Source of the DNA: Octopus bimaculoides
Taxonomy: Eukaryota
Direction of reading: 5' to 3'
Assembly: GCF_001194135.2 (NCBI RefSeq)
Contig: NC_068989.1
Coordinates: 96,466,476 to 96,530,475 of the forward strand
Length of the DNA stretch: 64,000 nt
The notes beneath the pieces were generated by a model. That model did no database searches. It was not told the DNA's origin and worked only from the letters and a program-made list of their open reading frames with translations. The position numbers were made by a program, and so were the translations under genes. Shown piece after piece: positions 38,678-51,830 of this stretch (the stretch's first letter is position 1; the number at the start of each line of letters is the position of its first letter).

Positions 38678-38998
38678 AGGTATGTAGCTCAGTGGTTAGA
38701 GTATTTAGCTCACAACTGTAAGGTTGTGAGTTCAATTCCTGGAAACACACTGTGTTCTTGAGCAAGCCACTTTATTTCACGTTGCTCTAGTCCTTTCAGC
38801 TGACAAAAATGAGTTGTATGTGTATTTCAAAGGCCCAGCCTTATCACAGTCTGTGTCATGCTGAATCTCCCTGAGAACTACATTAAGGGTACATGTGTCT
38901 GTGGAGTACTCAGCCACTTGCATGGTAATTTTGTGAGCAGGCTGTTCTGTTAATCAGAGCAACTGGAACCCACATTGTCATAACAAATGGAGTGCTAG
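38678..38998 (+). mobile_element. tRNA-derived SINE (family 2, about 320 bp)
   Basis: A-box-like tagctcagtggttagag and B-box-like gagttcaattcc. The body is nearly collinear with 55790-56103. Confidence 0.88.
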
Positions 38999-39595
38999 AT
39001 AAAAAAAAAAACTCCAAAAGTCTCAACTGATGTCTTCATCAACTGAATGAGAAAATCTTCAGACAGAATTCGAAGTCCCAGTCAAATAATTTTTATGGCA
39101 TATTTGACTCTTTACGATTAGTATTGAATTTTCCTATCAGTAAATTCTTGACTGCACACTTGAGCATGAATGGCATTACCTGAGGGCATTTTGTCTAAGT
39201 TCAGCTTGACAAACCTCAGAACACATCAGAAAGTGCTTTGCTTGCTGATTTCTATACAGGAACAGAAGTTCATATCTAGTCCCAAAGGTCCAGTGGAGCT
39301 ATCTGTCACTGAGGAGGTGAAATTAAGCTGAAATATTGGTGTTTGATAGTTCCAGTCATTTGGAGTTTGATGTACTTTGGGAAGAAATTTGTTCTTTGGA
39401 ATAAATTCCTGCAGTGAATTTATATTTCAGTGTGCAGAAATGTTTTCAAGAATGACTGTGCACACCATTATTTTGATTCTTCTTGTTTCATGTACTTATA
39501 TTGTTTATATATTTATTCATCTTCTTAGATACATAGATAGCTCTATAATGTATTACTATCTAGCTAGCTAGCTAGCTATCTACATTGATTGGTCA

Positions 39596-39639
<44 letters not shown>

Positions 39640-40910
39640 AAATAAGCACTACTTGGGTAATATGATACAAAGGTCCTGGGTTCAATGACACACCGTGGCA
39701 ATTTGGGAAAGTACCTTTACTACAGTCTCAAGTCAAACCAAGCTTTATGAATGAAATTACATAGTTGGAAACTGTATAGAATCCTGTCAAATGGACTGTA
39801 CCTGCAGTTTAAAGCTCCAGTTTTGTCATACTTTTCATCATGTTTCTTCTGATTGAGATTACTTTAAAGGTCCATACCTTTGTGGAAGAGTCAACCAGTT
39901 TGCATTCCAGTTCAATGAGTAGGTTGTGTGCTTGATTGAACAAGGGATGCTCATGCTGTGAAATCAACAGGAGAGTCCATCATTATATATGGCATATACT
40001 GGGGTGGTTAGGGTGTTGGCCTCATGATTTTTAGATTACGGGTTTAATTTCTGTATCAGGTCTTATTTATCAACACAGTGATTTGAGCCAGGCCACTGAG
40101 TTGATAAATAAAGTACCAGTTCAACATTGGGGCCTCTTTTTTCTTCTCTAATTCCTTTTCCAGTTCTTTTGAAAGAAATTGACTTTGGTAAGACTTGGAG
40201 AGGGATGGGCTCTGCCTAGTCTAAAATGTCTTTGTCTTGCTGTATGTTATAACAGCGCCCACAACATGTGCATGAAGGAGTTAAGAGCCTATGCCACAGC
40301 ACATATATTCATACATACATGCATGCATATGTTCACACACACATACACACATACATACACACATACATACATACATACATACATAAATAGAATGTGTTTG
40401 TGTGTGTGTAAGAGAAGACTTTTCCAGAATGTATTATCATGTTTCTAATATGGCAAAATGACTGATGTTCTCTATACTTATTGGCTAATCCAATCAGGAC
40501 ATTACCAGGGGGAAGACAATGATCCATTTGGCAGCTAATAATGCAAGAATAACCAGTTTACTATGTTAACTCTGTTAGCTGCTGTCAAGTAAACGAGACA
40601 AAATAAATGAGTTTTTGCTTGACATGCATACATTTAGAATTTCTGGCAAAATATTCAAGATGTCACGGAGCTTGTTGATCGAATGCATGAAATATGTTTA
40701 GAATAACAAGTTTCTTTTGTACCTAACCCATTAGGAAGGTTAATCAATTTTCCTATTGAAGACAGGCAAAAAATGAATTATAATTCATAAATATATAACT
40801 TTGCAACAGTAACAACCAAATGTGATGGAGTTAGTTATAATTCAGGTAGAAAACATTTAATTTTGTGATACATTTTTTTCACTTACAATCATAAACTCAG
40901 ACATACACAA

Positions 40911-40955
<45 letters not shown>

Positions 40956-41272
40956 CTCCTTCTCTTTCCTTCTCTCCTTACATTTTTTTTTATCTTTCTT
41001 CACAATTCTTCCTTTTCTCTGCCTTGCTCTTTCTCTGTGGCTTTCTCTGAGAAAGCATCTTCTTTTCTCAGTTTTATAATATTACTAGATAAATGTTTAT
41101 GTCTTGTTTTATTGCATAAACCAGACCATCATGTTTACACACACACACATGTGATTGTGTATGTATAAGTATAAAGTCTGGGAATTAATGAAGATAAGGA
41201 GCCATGGATCTACTGTTCTGTGTTGAGGGAGTTTAATTAACAGTTCTAAGAAGTTGTTTATATATATATATG

Positions 41273-41307
<35 letters not shown>

Positions 41308-42489
41308 CTGTAGAGAGAGAAATTGAAAGAGGAAGAGAGAGAGGGAGAAATTTTCTGTCACTTACTTGAAGCCTTCCTGAATGTAAAACTACAGTAGCAC
41401 TAATTTAGAAAGCTACTGTAAAATACAGTTAAGGAAAGATTAAATATAATTAAGAACAGAATTTTAAAATTTCACTTTGAAATATTTGATAATTCCATAT
41501 TTCAAGTGAAAATACCTTTTTAAAAACTGAATATGGACACCAGGTGATTCATTTTAGTTTGAAGTGTATGTGATGTGGTATATTAGGTATGACAATGTTT
41601 TCCAGGCATCATTTAAGCCAGATAGTCTAAAGCCAACCTTCACACATTTCTCCGATAATTGAAATTGTTCTCACATAATGGCAGATTTAACCAGGCCAAG
41701 GTTGTATTGTAGTTTGCTTGAAGCATTGCAAAATATACAAAAATAAGTGATTGAAAAAGGTACAACAACACGGATGGGGAGAGATTAAATATAAATGAGA
41801 ACACAGTTTCTTCTTTTAGCTGAAATTGTTAATTTTTTTGTGGTGATGGAATGCTCTTTTCGAAAGAATGAGGTGAACAGAAGAATATGTTTGGATCCAT
41901 TGTGGTTTTGAGCCTGGATGAAGTGCTAAGATGTTTGGAATGACATTTTTCCCAGTAGCAAAGTAAAAGAAGACTGAAAACTCATTTGAAGAGTTCTACA
42001 TATTTTTGTTTATTATTAGCTGAAGTTTACAAAGTGACATTGCAGCTGAGAGTTCCATATGTTCTCTGACTTATTAATTAAAGACAGAGAATTGGCAAAA
42101 CTCTGAGTTGTAATGTAGCATTGTAACCTTAACATATTAACTAAAAGACACACAGACATATATTGATAAAACAACAAACACACACACACACATGAGACAG
42201 ACACTTTTCTACACATGTATTTGTACCATATATGTATGTGAATAAAATTTAGTCCAAACCTGTCTGTCTCAGACTCTAACCTTAACTGAACTTCATTGTC
42301 CTTGCTTTCTTTCTTTCCCAAAAGCTCAAACTCCATAACATATTTTACCAATTCTTGTGCCTTGCCTCCACTGTATAATTTGCCTAACAACCATATCCAA
42401 CGCTTTGTTGGTACCAAAATAGCAATTTTCTCTCAAATCATCGAGGTAAAACTATTGGGAGGGGAAGAGAAGGACAAGAGAAATATAAT

Positions 42490-43830
42490 GTGGTTGTTCC
42501 TGCAGACCTTAATGACATTACAGTCTTCAAGAAGGGAGACTGGACAATCTGTGGGAACTAATTGTGGCATCTCAGTTCTCAGTGTCGCTGGGAAGTTTTT
42601 CACCAGGATCCTGCAAGATACATTATTGGTCATTGCTGAAGAAGTTTTTCCAGAGTCGCAGTGGAGCTTCTGCCCCACCTGTGGTACCATTGACATGGTC
42701 GTTTGTACTGACTTTCTCCAATAAAAGGCCTTAGAGCAGAGAAAGCCCATACTTTCTGTGCTCTGAAACTTGGAGAAAGCTTTCAACAGCATACCAAGAC
42801 CTACAATGTGGGCCACCTCAAAGCATTTTGGTTTTCTTGACCACTTTATGAAGCACATCCAGGCTCTACATGATGGACTGTCTGGCCAGATCATTGCCAA
42901 GAATGCTCTCTCTCCAGTTCTTTCCCAATTACAACTGGCTTGAAGCAAAGATGTGTCTTTGCTTCCACTTTGGTTTCTCTCTACCTCTTTGCCATGACCC
43001 ATGAGATCCCTAATTGGGCTCCTGGAGTAGACATCCATTACATAATGGATAGAGGACTTTTCAACACTGCCCAGTTCAGAGCCTGTCAATTTACCACCAC
43101 CTTGGCTAAAGTACATGAACTGCAGTACATGGATGGCAATACTACACCTGTGCACTAAGTTTTTAATCTTTAGGGGTCTATGAACCTCTTCAAAAACTTG
43201 TATTCCTGCTTTGGTTTGACCACAAATACAAACAAGACAAAGATCCTTGCACAAGGAGTCTCTGGCCAATCTCCCACTGGCATCAGTGACACAAGGTTAT
43301 ATGGCACTATCCTGAACCATGAAGCTACCTGTCCAATAGTTGCACCATTCAGAAAGACATTGAGAATAAGATCAATGCATCCCATTCTGCGTTTGGAAAA
43401 CTCTCAAAATAAGTCTTTCTAAACCATGACCTCACCATCCAAATGAAAATCAGGTATTCTAAGCTGTCATCCTTTCCACATTCCTCTACTGATGTGAGAT
43501 GTGGGTGTTGTATCAACATGACTTGAAGAAGAAAATAGAACATTTCCGACAGAACAAACTTTGTGTAATCATGAGGATTTGATGGAAAGCCTATGTTATG
43601 AGATGAAGAAGTGCTGCTCCAGACCAGACTGCCCTGCATTGAGGCCACCGTGGCACAGCACCACCTCTGCTGGTTGGGATACCTCAAATGTGCCTGCCCT
43701 GTCAACTTTGGGAAATTGGCCCCAGGTACCAAACAACACAGCGCCCCAAATTCCATTTTCAGGACCAGCTCAAGGTCACCCTCCTGTTGCATTCCTAGAT
43801 AAATTTCTAGCTCTTTAGCCCTTATCAATG
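42490..43830 (+). mobile_element. RTE-clade (BovB-like) LINE, decayed RT region
   Basis: KKGDWTICGN..GISVLSVAGKFFTRILQ...EEVFPESQWSFCPTCGTIDM, LEKAFNSIPR, GLKQRCVFASTLVSLY, VHELQYMDG, GLTTNTNKTKIL, QHHLCWLGY. Many stops and frameshifts. Confidence 0.92.
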
Positions 43831-44794
43831 GGAAATACTGAAGAGAAGGTGTTTTTTTACACGTTTGTATCTGTGACATATTTCAACTAACCTAAAGTTC
43901 ACTTCTGCCTAAACACTGCTTGGTGCTGATACTACTGTAACACCCATGCTAGCATGGAAGGCGGACATTAAACGATGATGACTATTTATATGTACACACA
44001 CACACACATGCACATTTGTATATCAATATGCATATATACATAAATATATCCACATATATGTATGTATGCGCACACACACATGCACAAAAAATTAATTACA
44101 TATTATATGAAGCATCTTCATTATTTTCGTTATGAAAAGAACATCATGTTTGGCATATATTATAGAGGCAAAATAATTGTGTATTTGTTCTCCATTCATG
44201 TGTGAGATTATTAATTGGAGCAAAAGCATCTACCACATCGATTCTCTATCTATTTAAAGTTTGTTCTGGCAGCACTTAGGACTCCTAATCATATATTTTT
44301 TTATAAATCTTAATACTGACTGAGAGAAAATGCTCAGGGTCTTCTCCTGCATGGTAAACAAAGAGTAAGATTGATGCCTAGTATACATAATAGTGTGAAA
44401 CAAGAAATTTTAAATAGAAGAATTTCTTAACCACCAGATGTTATGGTTAAGAAGGTCGCTTCAGAAAACCAGGTTTCATGTTCAACCCTAAGGTATGTCT
44501 CTTTGGACAAGTGTTTTTCACTACAGCTGTGAAGTGGGGATTGAACTAGAAAGTACATATTTGAGAAATGAACCTCTTCACTGCAGAGTAATGAAGATTC
44601 GTTCAGTTGTCCAGACACTCCTTCTGCTGCATTAAAACATTATGGAATCAAAGCAGAGAGGTGAGACTTTGAAGAAACCGTTGCCAGTGGGAAAATGTTG
44701 ATCATTTTCAGTCTTCAATATGGGAATATTTTCAGATTATCAAAAAGTCATTTTGGAACCAGCATCGAGGCTGTGATCACAGCGAATATTCCTC

Positions 44795-45560
44795 AATTAG
44801 CACTGATTGTATGTGTGTGTGTATGTATGTGTGTATGTATGTATGGTATGTATGTGTGTATGTATGTATGGTATGTATGTATGTATGTATGGTATGTATG
44901 TATGGTATGTATGTGTGTATGTATGTATGTATGTATGTATGTGTGTCTGTATGTGTGTATGTATGTATGGTATGTATGTATGTATGTGTGTATGTATGTA
45001 TGTATGTATGGTATGTATGTACATATGTGTGTATGTATGTATGTATGGTATGTATGTGTGTATGTATGTATGGCACGTATGTATGTATGTATGTACATAT
45101 GTGTGTATGNNNNNNNNNNNNNNNNNNNNNNNNNNNNNNNNNNNNNNNNNNNNNNNNNNNNNNNNNNNNNNNNNNNNNNNNNNNNNNNNNNNNNNNNNNN
45201 NNNNNNNNNNNNNNNNNNNNNNNNNNNNNNNNNNNNNNNNNNNNNNNNNNNNNNNNNNNNNNNNNNNNNNNNNNNNNNNNNNNNNNNNNNNNNNNNNNNN
45301 NNNNNNNNNNNNNNNNNNNNNNNNNNNNNNNNNNNNNNNNNNNNNNNNNNNNNNNNNNNNNNNNNNNNNNNNNNNNNNNNNNNNNNNNNNNNNNNNNNNN
45401 NNNNNNNNNNNNNNNNNNNNATGTATGTATGGTATGTATGGTATGTATGTATGTGTGTGTGTATGTATGCATGTATGTATGTGTGTATGTGTGTATGTAT
45501 GTGTGTATGTATGTGTGTATGTGTGTATGCATGTATGTATGTACCTCTTTCTCACTCTCA
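44795..45560. repeat. Complex (TATG)n/(TG)n microsatellite spanning a gap
   Basis: Long degenerate gtatgtatgtatg array. It is the source of the VCMY/HTYI ORFs. Confidence 0.97.
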
Positions 45561-46911
45561 AAATATATGTACACACACATATATATATAGTGTGTGTGTG
45601 TATATATTGAGAGAGAGAGAGTGAGAAAGGTATATATACATACATACATGCATGCATACATACATAAAACTATATAAATTGTTTTACTAGAACATCTAGT
45701 GATGCACACACACACAAACACACACACACACACACACACACATGCACACACACACACTCGCATACACACACACACACACGCATATAGCACACTCAGATTC
45801 TTTTATAATGTATGTATTGATTCTTGGAAAATTTGTCTGAGGTCACATCACATAAATGTGTCTAAATTTTGCTTTATGATGCAGTGTGACATAAATATAT
45901 GTGCTCAAATGTAATTGTCTGATACTTAAATGCATCTCTACCTAGACTTGTGTGTAACATAGACATTTATGCGCATAGAATAGTAAATTAAATTTCTGGC
46001 CTTCATTTGTGGTTTAAAGCATACATCAATATATATATGTGTGTATGTATATACATGTATATAAATGTGTGTGTGTGTGTGTATAAGTGTCGATATATGT
46101 GGTGTGTGTAGATATGTATGTATGTATGAATACCTTAGAGAGCTTTTTTGTTATTTTTTTTTTATTTTTTATATTTTTTTTATTTTTGCCACTTTTTTTT
46201 TTTTCCTTTCTTTCTCTGAGAAATAAATAATGAGCTTTGAAAGATCACATTAACATTATTACTAAACATAAAATATAAAGAAAATACTTGTCACACACAA
46301 GTTTCTCCATAAGTATAGTGAATACCTCCATGCTTTGTGCAAGTATAAAGTTTTTAATCAACTAAAAGATTGCAAGGTAATTATGAAAGAGATATTTTCA
46401 TTACTTCTTTCTCATATTTTAGCTGATGAAATAAACTGCTTCCAATTCAGATCACTTTCTTTTTCTTTCTTTCTTTCTTTCTTTCTTTCATTCCTCCTCT
46501 TCCTCCTCCCCTCCTCCTCCTCCTCACTTTTAAGATGAATGGGGCCAGACTAGGAATCTAAGTTAAATCTCTTTTCTTTTTTTTCCCCTCCATGTTTCCT
46601 GCAGCCTTTTTGATGCCTAAACTAATTAACTATTAGACTGTGTCCATTTTAATTAATAAAAATGAAGAATATTTTTGATGTGCAGTTAGGAATGAAATTG
46701 AAGACAAAATGAAGAATGAAGAATTAATCCTTTGTTTTTGCTCTCTTAAGCCACCACTTTTCTCCAGTGGTTTTCTTAAAATGTGAAACAGTAATACTCT
46801 GGGGTAAGTTCAATTAACCATTCTCCATCCAAGCATTAAAAGAGATTCGGTTTAATCAAGGAATTTTTTTGTTACTTTTATTATTATTGCTGTAATATTA
46901 ATAACAAATTC

Positions 46912-46968
<57 letters not shown>

Positions 46969-47248
46969 TTATGTTTGACTTTTGTTTTGCATTTGTACAA
47001 GTTGGATCCAAGTCTCACCCAGAGACCTCAAGAGACAACAAGTTAGAAGTTCATGTAGGTGTTATGCCTAGGGTACCATATATTTGGATTTGTACATACC
47101 ATATATTTGGATTTGTACATTTGGATTTGTACTAGAGAATGTTTAAGAAACCATAAGAATATTGCGTTTGTTTTAAAATTTGAGATCACATAGACAGTAT
47201 TTTATGTAGGATAAAATTTGAGATCACATAGACAGTATTTTACGTAGG

Positions 47249-47250
<2 letters not shown>
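46969..47250 (-). mobile_element. R4/Dong-type LINE extreme 3' end with internal 38-bp and 23-bp duplications
   Basis: Minus strand ATCCTACGTAAAATACTGTCTATGTGA = ILRKILSM* (RLE-LINE ORF end) plus UTR. (ATT)n arrays lie on both sides (46915-46968, 47250-47350). Confidence 0.75.
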
Positions 47251-47280
<30 letters not shown>

Positions 47281-47282
47281 CA

Positions 47283-47350
<68 letters not shown>

Positions 47351-47351
47351 T

Positions 47352-47462
47352 GGTTTGATTCAGGGTTTATGTGGATAGCGGGTTACTACCTGTAACCTTA
47401 GATCTCCACAAGTTTTCAGCAGTCTTTCAAGTGCTTAGAACCCTCCTGATAATCTTTGCTGT
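47352..47462 (-). mobile_element. Second R4/Dong-type subfamily 3' end
   Basis: TAKIIRRVLST* followed by a UTR and a (TAA)n tail. Confidence 0.7.
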
Positions 47463-47891
47463 CACCTTTTCTCTCAATAGCAATGTTCCACCTTCAAATG
47501 AGAGCATGTATCCCTGCCCCGTAAAATTCTGTTGACTGTTCTTTGAGCTACTTCTTCACCACCTCCACACTCACCAGATTTAGCGCTTTCAGACTATCAT
47601 CTCTTCAGCGCCACGAAAGAGGGTTTGAGAGGTAAACATTGTTCCAGTGACAAGGAAGTGAAAATTGTAGTGAAGAAGTGACTCAAAGAACAGTCAACAG
47701 AATTTTATGGGGCAGGAATACATGCTCTTATTCGAAGGTGGAACAATGCTATTGAGAGAAATGCTAACTTTGTTGAGAAGTAGGGATGTGATCTACAGAG
47801 GACCAACTTCATTTTGATGTATGATACATGTTCCTGTGTTGGTAATTATACCTGTCCTAAACAAAATGGCATTTCTTTTTGACTCACCCTC

Positions 47892-47893
<2 letters not shown>
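47461..47893 (+). mobile_element. Mariner (Tc1/mariner) transposon 3' remnant with inverted internal duplication
   Basis: PHSPDLALSDYHLFS...EGLRGKH...EFYGAGIHALIRRWNNAIERN..FVEK*, then a TIR-like end ctttttgactcaccctcgta abutting (TA)n. 47461-47562 is an inverted copy of 47667-47768. Confidence 0.88.
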
Positions 47894-47938
<45 letters not shown>

Positions 47939-48141
47939 CATACATGCATGTGTGAGTCGTCTAAGAGATCATAAGTCAGGGAAATGCACTCGTATATCCG
48001 ACAATAGAGTGGGTATATTATCCAAAATGTATAGTTTTATACACCAGCTGTGATGGATATATAATACTATACATTTTGGATAATATACGTATATGTCATG
48101 TATGATATATACATATATATGTATATATTATGGATATCATC

Positions 48142-48172
<31 letters not shown>

Positions 48173-48182
48173 TATATACATT

Positions 48183-48238
<56 letters not shown>

Positions 48239-49119
48239 TTTCATTAAATATATGTATATACAATCTCTAATATATATATGTAAATATCTAATATATATAC
48301 ACATATAACCATTTACAAAGACTTGCAACCATTTTTGTTTTGTTTAATTCTTTATTCAGTTTTAAATTCAAATTCAATGACAGTTATTTAGATCTTTATA
48401 AATTACAATATTTACAACAATCTCCAGAGACTAGGTATATTGATTTCTTAGTGAGACACAATGCCAATAATCATAGTGGAGCAGTATAATTGATTAAATC
48501 AACTCCAATATGTTATTGATGCTTATTTAATCAACACGAGAAGAATGAAAGTCAAAAGTTTGACTCCTCTGAGATTTGAATTCACAACATGAAGGTACAA
48601 AATTAAATACTGTAATGTATTTATGGTTCTCTGCTGAACAATGTCATTTATCTACATCACGTTTCTGGGGATTAGTCATATTAGGAAGTCTGTACTGGAG
48701 TTAGTTACAAGTTGATAAAAGATAAAAGGAGGAAAATGGTGACTCAACAGAACGGAGAATCTCATAAACACATCAGGTGTTGGTGCATCCTCGAAAACTG
48801 TTGTCATCTTTGTGACTATCTCTCTCTTTCCACTTCTCTCACTCTCCCCTCTCTCTGTCCTCCTCTTCTGTGCTTCTCCCTCTTTCAGTGCCTCTATCAC
48901 TCTCTCTCTCTCTCCCTTTTCTCTCTTTTAGCAACTTGAGTTCAAATTCACTAAGGTCAATTTTGTCTTCCTTCCCTTCAAGGACAATAAAATAAAGTAC
49001 CATTCCATGGCATGGATTCATGGAATTGTTAGAGCTTTGAATCAGATTCCTGGTGATATTTCATATGGTTCTTTGCATTCTCGGTTCTTCTCGCATTGTA
49101 AGCTTAAACTACTTCTTTA

Positions 49120-49316
49120 CTCCATTTCTCTTCAAATAAACTTGCTTTGAAATTAATGAAGAATTTACTGAAATAACTTTGTTGTTTAGCTGGTGTTTGG
49201 AACATAAATGAAGATACAAATTTAATGAAAGATTATAATTTTGATCAAAACAGGAAGTTTTTAGTGCAGAAGCAGAGGAGTGGTGGTGTGAGGCAGGGTT
49301 CATATCAAAAGGATAT
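49120..49316 (+). mobile_element. MITE-like element fragment (same family as 24231-24385)
   Basis: Similarity to 24280-24385. It ends near atcaaaaggata, consistent with a decayed AAAAGGG-TTAA terminus. Confidence 0.55.
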
Positions 49317-51120
49317 CTCCCATGCTGTTTAACATCATCACCTAATTCTTTGGTAGCCTTAGAGGCAATCATTCAGACCAGATCTCAGATATGAGGATCA
49401 GTCTCCCCTTCTTTTCACCATTCTTTGAGGCCCTCAGAAGGGCACAGCCAGTTTTATCTCCTCCACTGAATAAGAGAGGAAAAAAAAATTGCTGATATTT
49501 TTTTTTACGTTTGCACATTTGAATTAAGTATTAGAAAATAAATTTAAATGAAAATTTGTAAATTGAACATTAAAGTTAAGTATAGAAGTGATGGCCATAG
49601 AACCATGATGATGATGGTGGTGGTGGTGGTGGTGGTGGTAGTGGTGGCTTTAATGGTAGTAGTGATGATGATGTTGCTGCTGCTGCTGATGATGATGACA
49701 ATTACCTCTTTTGTTTTTTTTTTGTCTCAGCATGTTTACTCTCATACATCTGTTTGAATTCATACTATTTAATGGTTATACAATGTTTGATATTTTTCTT
49801 TTTGTGTGTTGTTTTTCAAAAAAAAAATATATTTCTATTGTGTCATCTCATTTCCTTTTTAGTGCAAACAAAAACATATCATTGTGAATCCTTGACAAAA
49901 GTTAGAAAGTTTTATACTCCAAGACACAAACATAGGACGATAGATTGATGTCAGCGATTCAAGCAAATGAAACACCTGCAGCTTGTTGCAATTGCATTGA
50001 ATTCTTGATGTTTGTGTTGTCAAACAGTTTACACTCGTGCAGACACACAGCCATGCCACTTCTAGATAGAAGAGGACTGAGTCATAAAGAGTGCCAAGTG
50101 ATGACCAAGTCATAACAGCACTGTATGGCTGACCAAGGCTAAACTATTGCTGTATTTTCTTGGCAGGATGCATTATTTCTCTTTTCTGACTGTTTACAAA
50201 CCTCAGCTATTTGCAAACTTCAGAAATAAACTTGAAATGAAATTGGAAAAATGAAATGAAATTGGAAAAATGAAATGAAATAAGTACACATAGAACGCAT
50301 GCATATATGTCTGTGCCTGTTTCTCTGTCACTTTCTCTCTACACACACTCACGTATGCATAGTAACACTGCAAGAGCCAAGAGAAATGCCGCTGAGCATT
50401 TTGTTTGACATGCTAATGATTCTACAAGCTTACCATCTTAATAACAAGAAGAATGATAAAGTGTCAGCCACTGGCTACAAATGTGTAGGACCTGGTAGCA
50501 TGTGCTGTACTTCCACTCATTCTTATAAGCGCCCATGTTGTCCTGAGCAGACACAGGCACTGTCTTGACTCTCCCACCTTTTGACTCAGTCATTAAACCA
50601 AAATGCGATGGCTACAGGAAGAGAGGGCTGCACCAGCACTCAGCTGGTGCTCATTTTCTACTGAGCAACCCAATGTGCTGCTCAATTATGATCATGAGTT
50701 GAACACCCTAACTGCTGGGCCACATGCATCATATCATCATCATCATCATGAAGAAATAAAACATGATTATTATTATTGAGTGAGAGAGCAACACACACCC
50801 TCAAAGTGACGCTGGATAGAAATATACAAGGCCCAGTATACTCGTCATGACTCCCTGTCTGATGAGGGTCCATCAGGCACATGCCTCACAACCGTGTGTG
50901 CATGACATGGTGACCTCATATCAAAATAAACAGTGCATGATTTTGCCGGTAGGGCCCAGTTAGAATTTTCTTCAAGACAAATAGCCCATTCTGCTTAAAC
51001 TGACAATGACTGGTAACTTCCTCATCCACAGCAACACTAAGAGGATCGATGTGATGAAATAGATCAGTCCAGATGGCTTTTGAGTGCTACAGCATGTCAC
51101 CTTGTCAGCACTTTCAAACC

Positions 51121-51151
<31 letters not shown>

Positions 51152-51229
51152 GTTTAACGTCCGCTTTCCATGCTAGCATGGGTTGGACGATTTGACTGAG
51201 GACTGGGGAAATAAAGAGAGAAATGAGTT

Positions 51230-51830
51230 GATCACATGTATACTCAACATTGAAAGTAATAACATCTTGAGATTAGATGAAGAACTCCTGCACAAGTACT
51301 CTGAGTTTACAGCTGATTGGGAGAAAAATACTCATCATACGAGTAGAAAGGTGTGCATTGGTGCATGTCCATCAAGTTAGAGAATACCAGCAACATTGAT
51401 AGGAATAATAGCTTCTCTTGGACATCACATCTCACCTAGGCACTATGCCTTTCTTTTCCAAGATTAGGGGATTGCTGCTAAATACCTGATCAACAAAAGA
51501 GATAAGGATTCCTCTAAACCCCTGTGCTGTGATAGAAACTGTAGATTGCACCATATTAGTGAGGAAGATATCACTCATCACCAGTAACTGTTCAACAATG
51601 CCTACAAGATTATAACCTTTGTATGAGGCCTGACGTTGCTTCTAGGACAGTTGAGAATGGTCATCAAGACAGGAAGGAATTGTCTTGATGACCATACAAA
51701 AGGCACAGCGGAACCAGAAAATATCCACATTTAAAAAAATAAAGAATACTGGTATAATACTCCAATAAAAACAGTAATCTGTCGTCAGCACAATCGGTCA
51801 GATATGGTTGTAGGGAACAGGTAGATATAT
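51230..51830 (+). mobile_element. R4/Dong-type LINE fragment (CCHC/RLE region)
   Basis: YAFLFQD*GIAAKYLINKRDKDSSKPLCCDRNCRLHHISEEDIT...SNCSTM..., PIKTVICRQHNRSDMVV. Confidence 0.8.

Noticed and set aside
38678-38750. tRNA-like A/B-box sequences (also 55790 and 62780-62850)
   Set aside because: These are SINE heads continuing into repeat bodies, with no complete cloverleaf, so they are not called as tRNA genes.
39225-39420. Minus-strand stop-free frame of about 65 codons (EFIPKNKFLPKVHQTPNDWNY...)
   Set aside because: No recognisable homology, a weak acceptor and no supporting neighbouring exons; within chance expectation for 64 kb.
44695-45790. Long ORFs (up to 337 aa) rich in VCMY/HTYI, plus similar ones at 7925-8602, 18607-19083 and 19347-20586
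   Set aside because: They are translations of microsatellites and N-gaps.
49109-49372. Protein-like ORF MIASKATKELGDDVKQHGRYPFDMNPASHHH with a strong upstream acceptor near 49465
   Set aside because: Most of it overlaps the antisense of the MITE-like repeat shared with 24231-24385, and no homology is recognised.
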